The notes under the pieces: model-generated
Told to the model about the DNA's origin: nothing
What the model saw: only the letters and a program-made list of their open reading frames with translations
Database searches by the model: none
Program-made: the position numbers and the translations under genes
IMG/VR virus record: IMGVR_UViG_3300028888_000059
Span: 1-64,000 of that record
Direction: 5' to 3' (one strand)
DNA: 64,000 bases
Source: a virus
Taxonomy: Duplodnaviria; Caudoviricetes
Shown: one piece after another, positions 49,600 through 60,734 of the stretch
Layout: every line of letters starts with the position of its first letter
Numbering within the stretch: the first letter of the stretch is position 1

Positions 49600-51058
49600 A
49601 TTTCACATTACAATAACCCATTTCTTGCCATAAATTAAAATCACCATTAACTTTATAAAGAATTTGTTTTCTACCTTTGTCTGTTCTTGATTTTTCAATA
49701 AAAACAACTATATAAACTGAATCTTGATCAGGAATAATTGTTATTCTTTCTTTCTTAGGATTCCCAGCTTCATCTTTTTCTTTATAATTTATTCTATATG
49801 CTTCAATTTCATTCTTCTCTCCTGTGAACTCATCGGGAAACAATGGTCTCGAAAGAATCATTTGAGAACAAATATTTTTTACACCTTTTGAGGCACCAAG
49901 ACAAGTCGCATCCAAGTATCTTTCTCTCTGCTTTCCTGTTGCTAACTGATATGTTAAAATAATACTTACATCTTCTTTTCTTGCAATTTGAAGTAAATCT
50001 TGACTATCTTGCATGAGCTTTCCCCAAAATTGTTCATCAGATAAGTTGTCTGATTTAAAAGTATCATAGAGAAATACTTTTACACCTTCTCTTGATTTTT
50101 TTCTAATAATTTTAGAAACTGTATTAATATCATAATCTCCAATACTACTGAAGAATAAATTTCCTTTATAATTTTCTTCCGTAAAATCAGAAGCCCTATA
50201 TAGGTATTCCTTTTGCTCATCAGTAAATCCACCAGCAATTAGTTTTTTTCTATTTATTTTAAAGTAATTAAATTTTTTTGTCAATGTCATAACTGCTAAA
50301 ATTCTGATAAATTCCCTAATGCTTTGTTCGTTGGATATAATACAAACTTTATTACCATTATCAACTAATGGCATTAAAAAATTTGCAAAAGAAAACGATG
50401 TTTTAAATGTTCCACTCTGACCGCAAAAAAACATAACTTCTTTTGACATTATTCCCATTGTAATACTATTGAGAATTGGACAAGTTTTTCCATAACTTAA
50501 GCCCATTTCTTCGCCAGTATCACATTCATCAATAAATTTCTTTGTTAAAACTAAATCATCAATAGAAATACCACTATTTGATTGTCTAATTGAAGCTGTT
50601 TCAATTTTGTCGATATAGTAATCATATACATTTTGACATTTTACTTTTGAAAAAAGTTCATAATCTTCATCCGTATTAAAGCCAGCTTTGTATAAAGATA
50701 TTAATAAATTACTTTTTTGTAATTCATCATAATAGTATTCTATATTTTCAGGGTCAATAAGTCTAACGCTATCTTTATATGATTCATAACCACCAAATTC
50801 ATCAAACTTTTTCTTATATTCTGGGAAACTGCTAAGAAATGTTTCAACTGAAATTTCATCAAAAGTGTAAATTCCTCTTTTTGTCATTCCATTACCAATT
50901 TCATAATATATCTTTCCCGCCTCTGTTTTGAAATCAATATCTGGTTTTATATCATATTCAAGAAAAAGTTCAGGAGACCTCCATAAAGACAATACAAAGT
51001 TTCCTTCTATAATATCTCTATTTTTCAATAAAACAGGGGCAATGCTTTTTCTAATCAT
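49592..51058 (-). CDS. DnaB-like replicative helicase
   Basis: GQSGTFKT, SNEQ, YDTFK, YQL, K.R motifs. Confidence 0.85.
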   Translation of the reverse strand: MIRKSIAPVLLKNRDIIEGNFVLSLWRSPELFLEYDIKPDIDFKTEAGKIYYEIGNGMTKRGIYTFDEISVETFLSSFPEYKKKFDEFGGYESYKDSVRLIDPENIEYYYDELQKSNLLISLYKAGFNTDEDYELFSKVKCQNVYDYYIDKIETASIRQSNSGISIDDLVLTKKFIDECDTGEEMGLSYGKTCPILNSITMGIMSKEVMFFCGQSGTFKTSFSFANFLMPLVDNGNKVCIISNEQSIREFIRILAVMTLTKKFNYFKINRKKLIAGGFTDEQKEYLYRASDFTEENYKGNLFFSSIGDYDINTVSKIIRKKSREGVKVFLYDTFKSDNLSDEQFWGKLMQDSQDLLQIARKEDVSIILTYQLATGKQRERYLDATCLGASKGVKNICSQMILSRPLFPDEFTGEKNEIEAYRINYKEKDEAGNPKKERITIIPDQDSVYIVVFIEKSRTDKGRKQILYKVNGDFNLWQEMGYCNVKYV

Positions 51059-51468
51059 TAAAAATCCTCCAAAATAGAGCTTATATCACGTTTATTTTTA
51101 GAATTTCCTTTATTATTGCTATTAGAAAAAATATCTTCTTCTATGAAATTATTTTCATTTTGTAATTTAATTTTTTCATTAAAAGATTTTTTTTCATTAT
51201 ATTTTTTATTATAATAAGATATATTATTTTTTATGATGGCAAAATAATATGCTATTTTGTTATATTGTTTATCAAAATGTTTTCCGCGAATTTTCCATCC
51301 TTCATTTTTAACCACTTCAGCGATAACTTCATCTGCATAATCTTCTCGGAGAGATTTTAATTTTTTAACTATAAATGTATTAAATTTATCACCTTTTTGA
51401 TACCCAAGATCTTCTGAGATCAAGTCAATAACCTCTCTATATGAGTGATTATATGTTTCTTTTGCCAT
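51058..51468 (-). CDS. Hypothetical replication protein (possible helicase loader)
   Basis: Lies between AAA and helicase as in SPbeta-like modules; KIAY.FAIIKNNI motif. Confidence 0.5.
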   Translation of the reverse strand: MAKETYNHSYREVIDLISEDLGYQKGDKFNTFIVKKLKSLREDYADEVIAEVVKNEGWKIRGKHFDKQYNKIAYYFAIIKNNISYYNKKYNEKKSFNEKIKLQNENNFIEEDIFSNSNNKGNSKNKRDISSILEDF

Positions 51469-51554
51469 TTTATATATCTCCTTATAATAAAAAATGATGG
51501 TATATAACCATTAAAAATTATTATACCATCATTTTTACAAAAGTCAAACCAAAA

Positions 51555-52679
51555 TTAAGAAATGAAATTATCTTGTTCAAGGATTTTAATGAGTTGATTC
51601 AATTCTTCAATAGAAGATTTTGTTTCTAAATCTTTTGTTGAATATCCCAATTCTTTCACAAGATTTACAGCTTCATTCTTTTGTTTTGTATTTGCACTCA
51701 TAAGAAGATTTTTGAACTTTTCAAACAAAATAGTCCTTTCTTCTTCTTCATCTGCTTTAATATTAGCTACCGCTGCTTTTTTTGCTTTTTCTTCTTTTAC
51801 TTCATTAGCTTTTTTAGCTAATTTAGAAAAATCTTCATCGCTACCTGAAAACTCATCAGCGTCTTTAATACCTTCTTTTACTGCATTGATATAATTTTGA
51901 GCAGCAATTTTAGGGTCATCAGTAAATGGAACACGGTTAGGAATGTTACGAAAACGACTTCCAGCATCAACATATCCGTCTGAACGAAAATACATATATC
52001 GTTCACTGTTCTGTAGTTTACCAGCTTTACGAGTTTTACCATTTGAATCAAGAATAGCATCTCCAATATTTTGCTCAATATCAATATTACAAATAATAGC
52101 AGCTTTATATGCAAAAGCATTATAATATTGACTTTCAAGATTACTTGTCAATTGCAAGAATTTAATGCCATCCTTATCTTCTTGTGGTTTAACTTTATTA
52201 TGGCCGATTAAAAATAAACCATATTTACTCTGTTTAATGAGTTCAATTTCATTTGAAATAAGCCGACAAACAGCTTCTCTACCTCTATTATAACCTCCAA
52301 AAGCATCATTAATACTTTTGCATTGTTCTTTATATTTGATAAAATGCTCTTTCAAAATCTTATCAATTGCCATATCCACCATTACATCAATTGTATCAAT
52401 TGATACAATTTCAAAAGGATAGTTTTCTGGATGTGTAACCATATCATGAACAAATTCATGAAATTCATCCCAATTTTTAGGGTTAACATAAGGTAATCCT
52501 TTTAAAACTTGATGACCATCTTCATCCCCCATAGAGATACAGAGTGTTTTGTCAAGACCATATTCTGCTCTTCCAATTTCAGAAAACAACGTGGACTTAC
52601 CAATTTTTTTTGAACCCATTATAAGATGTACATAATCTTTAATATTAAAACTAATTTCATTTGTTTGAATTTTAAGCAT
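51555..52679 (-). CDS. AAA-family ATPase (Sak4-like recombination protein)
   Basis: G.KKIGKST, SIDTID, FGG..RG, IGH, AGSRF. Confidence 0.8.
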   Translation of the reverse strand: MLKIQTNEISFNIKDYVHLIMGSKKIGKSTLFSEIGRAEYGLDKTLCISMGDEDGHQVLKGLPYVNPKNWDEFHEFVHDMVTHPENYPFEIVSIDTIDVMVDMAIDKILKEHFIKYKEQCKSINDAFGGYNRGREAVCRLISNEIELIKQSKYGLFLIGHNKVKPQEDKDGIKFLQLTSNLESQYYNAFAYKAAIICNIDIEQNIGDAILDSNGKTRKAGKLQNSERYMYFRSDGYVDAGSRFRNIPNRVPFTDDPKIAAQNYINAVKEGIKDADEFSGSDEDFSKLAKKANEVKEEKAKKAAVANIKADEEEERTILFEKFKNLLMSANTKQKNEAVNLVKELGYSTKDLETKSSIEELNQLIKILEQDNFIS

Positions 52680-52691
52680 AAAATTTCCTTT

Positions 52692-53819
52692 TTAGATATT
52701 AAATAATTCATCTAACAAATTATTCTCTTTAGTTGTCTTTTCATCATCATTAAGATATTGACGTTCAGTTGCGACATTTTTGCCAAGATAAATTTCGTTC
52801 TCAATATCATGTGGCGAAACTGCTGTCATAACAATACCATTAGAATATTTTCCATTTAAAACCTTTTTATAGAAACGCAGTTCTTCAACTGTTTCGCCAA
52901 CAGCACGAGTTTTATAGTCTTCAATAGTTCGTTCGCCAAGAGCAATTTCTTCAAGTTGAGCCGCAGTAAGCATACTTTCATCAATTTCAACTTCCTCTGC
53001 ACAACGAATGTAAAGAAATTCATACATCATTGTCACAAATGTACCATCATCAGGAAGTTTATCATGCAGATAATTCATCATAGATTCATGAATGCGCTTA
53101 AGTTGTTCAATATTTTCTCCACCTTTTGAGATGTAATCCATAATTTTTCTTGCGTCATAAACAGGACAAAATGGCACATATTTTTGTCCAATAGCTTTAT
53201 TAATGTATTCATTTGTATAAGCCGAAATAAGATAACGATTTTTTTCTTTATCCATTATCAAAGAATCTTTATTATAAATAATTTCAGCTTTTACAATTGT
53301 ACCACAATCAATTTTTGCATCTTCATCATAAATATAAATACTTTGAATATTAAATTGATTGTATGTTTTAACAGTTGTTCCATTATCATAAGGATTGCGT
53401 GTAAAACGACCATAAACACGCATTGGCATTTTCTTTTCTAAAACATATTTATCGAAGTATTTTTCTGCAAAAAGAATCATATCATAAGCAGAAATAAATT
53501 CTTCATAAACTCTTCCGTTTTCTGATGGATATGAGAATGTATATTTAGCAAATTGAGCAACAGAATCAAGTGATTCTTTTTTCATTCTATCTTCCCACTT
53601 TATCTCAATTTGTTCACCTTTTGATACGGCAGATTGAGCGTGAATTACTGGTTGAACATTTCCCAAAAGAGTTACAAATGTTGTTTGATTTTTTTCAGGA
53701 ATAGATACACCAAAGCTAAGTTTTAAAAATTCACCATTACCAGTTTTAGATGGATAATGCTGAACTAAACTTGCATTATTTGAACCTTTAAAATAACCAA
53801 TGGCATTAAAAGTATTCAT
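52692..53819 (-). CDS. Putative ssDNA-binding protein
   Basis: Synteny upstream of the AAA gene; I.WEDR and EFIS.YD motifs; acidic tail. Confidence 0.5.
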   Translation of the reverse strand: MNTFNAIGYFKGSNNASLVQHYPSKTGNGEFLKLSFGVSIPEKNQTTFVTLLGNVQPVIHAQSAVSKGEQIEIKWEDRMKKESLDSVAQFAKYTFSYPSENGRVYEEFISAYDMILFAEKYFDKYVLEKKMPMRVYGRFTRNPYDNGTTVKTYNQFNIQSIYIYDEDAKIDCGTIVKAEIIYNKDSLIMDKEKNRYLISAYTNEYINKAIGQKYVPFCPVYDARKIMDYISKGGENIEQLKRIHESMMNYLHDKLPDDGTFVTMMYEFLYIRCAEEVEIDESMLTAAQLEEIALGERTIEDYKTRAVGETVEELRFYKKVLNGKYSNGIVMTAVSPHDIENEIYLGKNVATERQYLNDDEKTTKENNLLDELFNI

Positions 53820-53891
53820 TTATAATTATATTTCCTTTCATACAAATTTTGATTTGACTTTATTTTTATAATTATTATACATTATTTTTTA

Positions 53892-54416
53892 TTAATTGTC
53901 AATAGATTTTAATTTCATTTTTCCACAAGGTTTAAATTCATGACAAATACCACCTCTATAAACACATTCAGGAACAAGAAATTGAGAAAATTCTGGACAA
54001 AGTTTTATAATTTCAGCAACAATCATATTCATGATATGTCTTGTTGTTTCATCTGCCTTATAGCACATTCTTTTTCTTGCCATAAATATTAATGCTTGTG
54101 CATTAATATCCATAATATGATTCACAAGAGCATTTTGTGGTTCAAGACCTCTATCAATGTTAGAACGTTGACTTTTTACATAATGTTCAACGCCAAATTT
54201 GTGTCTCACAAAATGAACACTGTTATAATAAGGTATGTCTTTCATTTCAATAGTAAACATTATTGTTCTTAATGGGGAATGTTCACTATTAATAAGTTTT
54301 TTTCTCCATTCAAAAGAGGGGGTTAATTCACCCTCTTTTCCTTGAGTTTCACGAGCTAAAAGCAAAGCTCTTTTCCAATCTTCTTCTTTTGGGTATCTTA
54401 TAATTTTTATTTCCAT
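53892..54416 (-). CDS. thyX: Flavin-dependent thymidylate synthase
   Basis: EHSP, HFVRH, SQR, R.C, VP.CVYRGG.C.E..PCG. Confidence 0.85.
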   Translation of the reverse strand: MEIKIIRYPKEEDWKRALLLARETQGKEGELTPSFEWRKKLINSEHSPLRTIMFTIEMKDIPYYNSVHFVRHKFGVEHYVKSQRSNIDRGLEPQNALVNHIMDINAQALIFMARKRMCYKADETTRHIMNMIVAEIIKLCPEFSQFLVPECVYRGGICHEFKPCGKMKLKSIDN

Positions 54417-54732
54417 ATATCACCAAGTTTTTATATTTTTCATAAAGAAAGTGTTGAGGCCCCCTCAAAATCTCCCCCAAGGATGATTTTTTCGCCCTTG
54501 CGGGCGAGATTTTCTTTTGGTCTCATTTTTGATTTTATGATTTATTGTTCAAAAAAGGATATATTATATGTTTTGTTTAAACTCTTATATTATCTTTATG
54601 ACTTATTACCTAATATAAGTTTTTTTGTTTTTATAAATCATATAATATTTTTTATATCTTTGAAAGAAAATAATTTTTATTTATTATTTTTTTTCGCTAG
54701 ACCAGCAGGATTATACTGTATCATGTCAAGTA

Positions 54733-54759
54733 TTATATCATTAATTAACGAATTGTCAA
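54733..54759 (-). promoter_or_regulatory. Sigma-A promoter upstream of the thyX/replication operon
   Basis: TTGACA...TGATATAAT on the minus strand. Confidence 0.65.
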
Positions 54760-54834
54760 GGGTTTTTAAAAATTATTTTTATCAATATTTTTATAAAACG
54801 AAAAAAAATAAGTGTAATTTTATATTTACACTTA

Positions 54835-55389
54835 TTATAAAAAGTCTTTATATTGTTTTTCTATTTCTGTTTTTAGATTTTTTTTCATTAAAGTAATTAA
54901 ATCGTTTTTTATTTCATCAGGTAAAGAAATTTTCGGAACACGAATTTCTAATCCATCAATATCTTCAAAAAAATAATAGATAGCAGTACCAAAAATTCCT
55001 TCACCTTTTTTATATCCATATTGTGCAAATGGGCTTCTTCCTTCTTCTTCCCATATTAGAACTTGATTTCTCATATCATCCCCATCTACACTTTCATATG
55101 AACCAATTCTTGTGTTTTTACCATGAACCCAAGGATGTTGCCACAGTTTTTCTGGAGATAAAGAAACACGGTATTCATAGTCACTTAATTTTTCAAGATA
55201 TGGTGCTCTATCTAACAACTGCATAGTTCTTTTATACATATTTGTTGCAGGAGAGTGAGATTTATACCAGTTTCTCGCTTCTTCTTTTAATCTTTTATAA
55301 AAATCATTTGCAACTGTTTCATCAAATGCTTTTGCTATTTTATCACAATCTTTTTGAATATCGGGGATAATATCATCAAAATATTTCAT
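54835..55389 (-). CDS. Hypothetical protein
   Basis: 184-aa ORF with GAGG RBS. Confidence 0.65.
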   Translation of the reverse strand: MKYFDDIIPDIQKDCDKIAKAFDETVANDFYKRLKEEARNWYKSHSPATNMYKRTMQLLDRAPYLEKLSDYEYRVSLSPEKLWQHPWVHGKNTRIGSYESVDGDDMRNQVLIWEEEGRSPFAQYGYKKGEGIFGTAIYYFFEDIDGLEIRVPKISLPDEIKNDLITLMKKNLKTEIEKQYKDFL

Positions 55390-55466
55390 AAAACCTCATT
55401 TTTTGTTCTTTTTATGTAAAAATACAAAAAATACCTAAAAACATCATTTTTATTGTAATATTACAT

Positions 55467-55494
55467 AAAAAAAGTGCAGTAGTACTGCACTTTT
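55467..55494 (-). terminator. Intrinsic terminator after the lysin gene
   Basis: aaaagtgcagt/actgcactttt hairpin plus A-run. Confidence 0.8.
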
Positions 55495-55520
55495 AAAATG
55501 CAATATTTTAAATAAAAGTA

Positions 55521-56411
55521 TCATTTTATTTTTAGAGTTTGTCCAACATAAATAAGATTAGCATTTGTAATTTCTGGATTCAGTTTCATAATATTGTCAA
55601 TTGTTGTATTAAATTTTTGCGAAATAGACCATAAACTATCTCCAGCTTGAACAGTGTAATAATTTGATTCATCATTATTATTTACTTGATTGTTATTACC
55701 ATTATTATTATGCTGTTCATTAGGTGCTTCGTAAAGATAAATATCATCAATATTTACAGGTGTACAAATTCCAGCTCTATCTAATAATACTCTGTTATTA
55801 TAAATCTCGTCAACGGTATATGGTTGACCATATACACCATTCCATAAAGATTGACCAGTGTATGATTTTGCACCATCCTTTATGCAAACAACAGAACCAA
55901 CATGAATAGAGTTGTCATTAAAATTTAAATTTTGTTGAGATAATATATAATCTTCTCTATCTATGATGTAAGGAGTTGGATCAAATGTATTATTATTCAA
56001 ATCCCTGATTTCAAAATGGAGATGTGAGGCGGCTTCTGTATTATTCCCATTTGCATCTCTACAATTTCCACTATGACCCTGATAACCAAGAATTGTAAAT
56101 TCATCCACTGTCGTTCCAATAGCTAAAGTTGGGGGATATTTCATATGTGCATATATAGAATAACCCCATTGATGTTTAACTTTTATACAATTCCCATATC
56201 CTTTTTCATCATAAACAATTTTGTTTACAATGCCTTTATCTGCACAATACAGAGGTATGTTTCCATTAGAATCAGCATTATATCCAACATAATCTATACC
56301 ACCACGATAAGTGTTACCAAGATTATTTTGAATAGCATAAGCAACATGCTCACTATACGAAAAAGTAACAACATAACTTTTTTTTACTGGTCGTATTAAT
56401 GCTAACTTCAT
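55521..56411 (-). CDS. Endolysin: M23 peptidase plus C-terminal LysM
   Basis: GIDY, GYGN, YAHM, HLHFEIR; YTVQAGDSLWSIS...LNP...NLIYVGQTL. Confidence 0.88.
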   Translation of the reverse strand: MKLALIRPVKKSYVVTFSYSEHVAYAIQNNLGNTYRGGIDYVGYNADSNGNIPLYCADKGIVNKIVYDEKGYGNCIKVKHQWGYSIYAHMKYPPTLAIGTTVDEFTILGYQGHSGNCRDANGNNTEAASHLHFEIRDLNNNTFDPTPYIIDREDYILSQQNLNFNDNSIHVGSVVCIKDGAKSYTGQSLWNGVYGQPYTVDEIYNNRVLLDRAGICTPVNIDDIYLYEAPNEQHNNNGNNNQVNNNDESNYYTVQAGDSLWSISQKFNTTIDNIMKLNPEITNANLIYVGQTLKIK

Positions 56412-56428
56412 ATTATTCCTCCTTTATG

Positions 56429-56827
56429 TTATTGAAAACATAAAACTTTTACAGTTAATGCAATTGTTGGCTTACTACCAACACAAGTAAATCTCACTTT
56501 GCCATTTAGTGGAGTTGTGAAATTTATGTATTGAAAATTGTTTACTTCATTTGCAATACCTGTGTAACTTGTAGATAATGGGACAATATTGATAATTATA
56601 TTACTACTTGTTGTAACACCAGATATTGTGATATCTTGTGTATATGGTGTTGTTGAACCATTACCAGACCATCCGCTAGCGGTTAAAGTAACTTGTGTTG
56701 TTGTCAGTATAGGTCTATTATTTAATTGATTTTCTAAATCAATTATATTTCCGATTGTTGTTACTGGATAAAGAACATCATAATCGGTACCATTAAATTG
56801 TCTTATTTCTATATTATAGTTTGTCAT
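56429..56827 (-). CDS. Tail fibre-related protein
   Basis: YD.LYP.T and VTL.ASGW...PYTQ.I.ISGVT motifs; position in the tail module. Confidence 0.6.
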   Translation of the reverse strand: MTNYNIEIRQFNGTDYDVLYPVTTIGNIIDLENQLNNRPILTTTQVTLTASGWSGNGSTTPYTQDITISGVTTSSNIIINIVPLSTSYTGIANEVNNFQYINFTTPLNGKVRFTCVGSKPTIALTVKVLCFQ

Positions 56828-57549
56828 TGAACCTCTGCAAAAAAGATAGAATCTAATTGAAGTTGTTTATAGTCGGCGGGGAAAACATAGATTGGTTGAA
56901 TTTCTATTCTTGTCAATAAGAACCATGTTGCTGTTTTATCCTCAAGTCCTAAATATAAATTACTGTTTAAATATAAAGAATCATTAAGATATTTACCAAA
57001 AGATGGTGTTGTTCCAACATTGTTTTTGGTTGCAACATATAAATTATTTTCATAAGAAACTAAATCATATTTATTGTATGACGTAGTTGAGTTCCAGAAT
57101 CCTCTATAATTGATTCCTAATCCATATTGACCCTTTTCGCCTATTAATCCTATTTTTAACCAATAGTTTGTATTAGTTGGTAGATTTCCTAAAGAATCAT
57201 TTATACAAAAATAAATGTTATTATTATATGAAACAAGATTGTTTTCATAATATTGTGTTACATTATTATATTCTTGAATATATAATAATCTATCAATATT
57301 TGTTTGAAACTCTGTATTTTTATTATTTAAATTTTGTGTTATTTCAATATCACTATATTCTTCAACTTGTTCTATCTTTGTTTTTATATTATTCATCCAT
57401 TCAGCTTGAAGAACATAAGATTTATATTTATTTGTGTTTATTAAATTATGAGCATTATCAATTTGTCTATCATTAAAATAGTTCCTATAATTCTCTATTA
57501 AATTCTCGTCTCCGAGCTGAACATCTTGTAATCTTCTTAAATCTGTCAT
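56824..57549 (-). CDS. Tail protein with carbohydrate-binding-like repeats
   Basis: Two Y..N.LVSY....Y......G..P....W repeats. Confidence 0.6.
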   Translation of the reverse strand: MTDLRRLQDVQLGDENLIENYRNYFNDRQIDNAHNLINTNKYKSYVLQAEWMNNIKTKIEQVEEYSDIEITQNLNNKNTEFQTNIDRLLYIQEYNNVTQYYENNLVSYNNNIYFCINDSLGNLPTNTNYWLKIGLIGEKGQYGLGINYRGFWNSTTSYNKYDLVSYENNLYVATKNNVGTTPSFGKYLNDSLYLNSNLYLGLEDKTATWFLLTRIEIQPIYVFPADYKQLQLDSIFFAEVQ

Positions 57550-58322
57550 GTCACAATCCTAAACCATAAATCTCCAACCAAAGCATCTTGTGGTTGTGTT
57601 TCTTGTATTGGATAATGTTTTTGTGGTGTTGTAAAAATTCTCTGCCAATAAGTAGAATTAGCTGTAGGCGATATATTAACATTATCCTGTAAAGCTACAT
57701 ATAAAGACGATCCAACTGCAACAACATTATTTGTTTTATAGTTTGTCGCAGAATCCCAAGAGAAGTAAAAAGTGGTTGAACTTCCTGCTTCTCCTTGATT
57801 TCCTTGAATCGTCAATATTCTCCAATAACTAGGTTGAGTTGGAATTGTTCCAACAGGCGTTGTTCCATTGTAGGTATTAATATATAAATAATTTTGACCA
57901 TTTGCATTATATAAAACAATATTGTTTTTATAATATTGGGTTGTATCATTATAAATACCGATATATGAAAATTTGTCTATAATTACTTGCCATTCGGCTT
58001 GTTTTTCTGTTACATAATTTATAAATCCGCTATTGCTATAAAACTGTTCTAGGGACATGATCGCATCAGCAAATTGATTCATTACCAATGCTCCAATAAA
58101 TTTTCTATCAGCATTACTAATTTGTTGATAGATATTATAAGCATTTTCCATATCGCCAGCGAGAATATATTGCTGATATTGAGTAAGTAGAGTTGCATCA
58201 GATGCTTCTACATCAAGAAAATCTTCCCAAGAATCTAAATCATCTGGAAAATTGCTATGCGGATATTGTGGATATGTTGCACTCATTTTTTTCCTTTCTT
58301 TTTTTAAGAATCGTGTTCCCAT
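57546..58322 (-). CDS. Tail protein, paralog of the adjacent gene
   Basis: Same repeat type; probable start MSATY. Confidence 0.6.
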   Translation of the reverse strand: MGTRFLKKERKKMSATYPQYPHSNFPDDLDSWEDFLDVEASDATLLTQYQQYILAGDMENAYNIYQQISNADRKFIGALVMNQFADAIMSLEQFYSNSGFINYVTEKQAEWQVIIDKFSYIGIYNDTTQYYKNNIVLYNANGQNYLYINTYNGTTPVGTIPTQPSYWRILTIQGNQGEAGSSTTFYFSWDSATNYKTNNVVAVGSSLYVALQDNVNISPTANSTYWQRIFTTPQKHYPIQETQPQDALVGDLWFRIVT

Positions 58323-59812
58323 GGATATTTGTCTGGTTCATAATCATACCATCTCATACATTCTAAAGTCATTACACCACCAACATCCAGATTCATTGAT
58401 ATGTTTTTTATAATAAATATTCCAGATATTTCAGCATCTTCATTAATGTATTCTATTTTTTGATTAACATCAGCCCAAGGTATTATTACACTAGTTAATC
58501 TTATACTATCATTCATTCGTGCATAATTATAGAGTTCATATAAAGCTCTTTCATATGCTTGTTGTTTTGTTTGTATAATTTCATATTCTCCACCAGATAA
58601 GGGCAATAAAATTTTGCCAATGCTACCATTTACATAAAATGGTGATTCTGGAATATCATCTTCTATGTAACAATAGACTTGTTGATTACCAATTAATTTA
58701 AAATGCCCCCCATTTTCTTCTGATTCAAAAACAACTATATAATAATCAATACTTCCAGTTTCTGGTTGATCAAAATAAACGGGATCATTATTTTCATCAA
58801 CTATTTGATAGGGTTGAAAACCATCAATATGCAGATAAGATGTTTGTGTATAAACACTTGAACGAATACCAAAACCTATATAACTGTTTTCAGGTATAGT
58901 TTCAAATGCTTTTATTTCTGTTATTTCACAAAACCAAACATCTCCAAGCTGAGAATCGCTGTCAATAGTGCACACTGGATTACCATATACAGGCTCTAAA
59001 GTTTGTCCCCAGATTTCAATAGCATTTTTAACATTTTCAAAATTAATGTCATTCGTAATATTCATGACAGTTTTATTAAAAACATCATTATCAATAATTA
59101 TTGGGTCTGATGCCGAGTTATAAATTTTCTTTAAATTGAAAACACCATCTATATCAAAAAACATTTCATAATTTGGTAGGACATTATTTCTAATTTCATT
59201 AAAAACGTCATATAATGTACTTGTCGCTGAAATTTCCACATCATATGGAAGTTTTATAACTTCTCCATTTATATAAACCAAATTTTCAATATTATATTTT
59301 GTAAAACCTGCTTGTTCTAACAAATCAATAAAAATATCTCTCAATGTTCCATTTTCTTCATCTGTTTGTTGAGGAATAACACCATTTAACCATTCAAAAT
59401 ATCCATTTCTAATGCCAGTAAGTTTAGCCATCAAGTCAACGCCTTGAAATGTTATTGTGTTGTTGACAGAATCATAAACATGATTAGGGTTATTAATTAA
59501 AAATATTCCCATATTTGTCCAAACGACTTCATTATTTACATTATTTACTATTCCATAATAAATCTGGATATACTTATCAAGCCAAATTTGACCACCAGCA
59601 CTAATTTGAAATGTATGATTTTTTACAACCATAGTGATATTACACGAACGTCTAATATCACTATTGGCATTTATCGTAATACTACCAGTTGTTAAATTCC
59701 CCTCAATAGAATCAACAACTTGAAAATTAAAATTCAGTAAATTAATTTTTATTAATATTTTTCTATATCTTTGTTTGACAACATTGTATTGGTCTTGTGA
59801 AATTATTGCCAT
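58304..59812 (-). CDS. Tail/baseplate hub-like protein
   Basis: I.ANSDIRRSC, GIFLI, DLMAKL.G, FFDIDG.F; tail-module synteny. Confidence 0.6.
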   Translation of the reverse strand: MAIISQDQYNVVKQRYRKILIKINLLNFNFQVVDSIEGNLTTGSITINANSDIRRSCNITMVVKNHTFQISAGGQIWLDKYIQIYYGIVNNVNNEVVWTNMGIFLINNPNHVYDSVNNTITFQGVDLMAKLTGIRNGYFEWLNGVIPQQTDEENGTLRDIFIDLLEQAGFTKYNIENLVYINGEVIKLPYDVEISATSTLYDVFNEIRNNVLPNYEMFFDIDGVFNLKKIYNSASDPIIIDNDVFNKTVMNITNDINFENVKNAIEIWGQTLEPVYGNPVCTIDSDSQLGDVWFCEITEIKAFETIPENSYIGFGIRSSVYTQTSYLHIDGFQPYQIVDENNDPVYFDQPETGSIDYYIVVFESEENGGHFKLIGNQQVYCYIEDDIPESPFYVNGSIGKILLPLSGGEYEIIQTKQQAYERALYELYNYARMNDSIRLTSVIIPWADVNQKIEYINEDAEISGIFIIKNISMNLDVGGVMTLECMRWYDYEPDKYPWEHDS

Positions 59813-59822
59813 CTTATATCCT

Positions 59823-60731
59823 TTATGTTATTTGAACATCAATAAGACCATTTTCATAAAGGTCATCTTGATTTTCAGAATCACCTATTTCAACAAAACT
59901 AAAAGCAATATCGGCTAATCTGCCACCAATATTGTTGTTTGGTACAAGATTCACGTCTTCTACAATGAGAATTAAATATGAATTTCCCATCCAGTCTTTA
60001 TAAATTTTTGCTTTTTTGTTTACTAAAAAATTTAAAATATTGTTTTGTAATTTAATGTTCTCTTGTAAATTCCATACTTTTGTCGTATCTTCAGAAGGTG
60101 TGATAACTGTTCCGCTTAATGTTCCACTCTTATAATCGAGTTCAGCATTAGAAACAACAATAGGATATTTACCCATTAGAGGTTCAAAAATATTTGTTTT
60201 ATTTGATTTTGAAATATTGCCAAAAACAATTCCTGCATCAAGAGCATAGATTGTTGTGGAATCACATAAATATATTTTATAAAATTCACTATCTACAGAA
60301 ACAATTGAGTAGTTACCTTCAACTCCACCAGTTACAGGAACAAAAGCATATTCATATGTTGTATTTGTTTTTGCAAACCAATCATATTTTGTAAAATACA
60401 TGTCAGAGATTTCAGAAACAGAAATTTCAAATAATGTTATCCAATTGAATGTTCCATATATTCTTCTTTTTATTTTAATTAAATCAAAATCATAATAGTC
60501 CAAACTACCACCTTCAATGTTTCCATTAAAGTTACATAATAAAATGTCATATGCGCCAAAAGCGGTAGGAATTGTAGTATCAATAGTTGTTTCATCTACT
60601 TGAGAAGATATTTGTACTTCATTAAAAATACCATTTGAAACAACGGAAGTTGTCAATGGTTCAACATTTGTAGGACGAGAATCAAGAGCATATGCATCAA
60701 ATAAAAAATTAAATCCTAATATATTAAACAT
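59823..60731 (-). CDS. Distal-tail-like structural protein
   Basis: YEYA.VPV, KYPIV, Y.SG, FL...K.KI.KD..G, F.F.EIG. Confidence 0.55.
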   Translation of the reverse strand: MFNILGFNFLFDAYALDSRPTNVEPLTTSVVSNGIFNEVQISSQVDETTIDTTIPTAFGAYDILLCNFNGNIEGGSLDYYDFDLIKIKRRIYGTFNWITLFEISVSEISDMYFTKYDWFAKTNTTYEYAFVPVTGGVEGNYSIVSVDSEFYKIYLCDSTTIYALDAGIVFGNISKSNKTNIFEPLMGKYPIVVSNAELDYKSGTLSGTVITPSEDTTKVWNLQENIKLQNNILNFLVNKKAKIYKDWMGNSYLILIVEDVNLVPNNNIGGRLADIAFSFVEIGDSENQDDLYENGLIDVQIT

Positions 60732-60734
60732 ATT

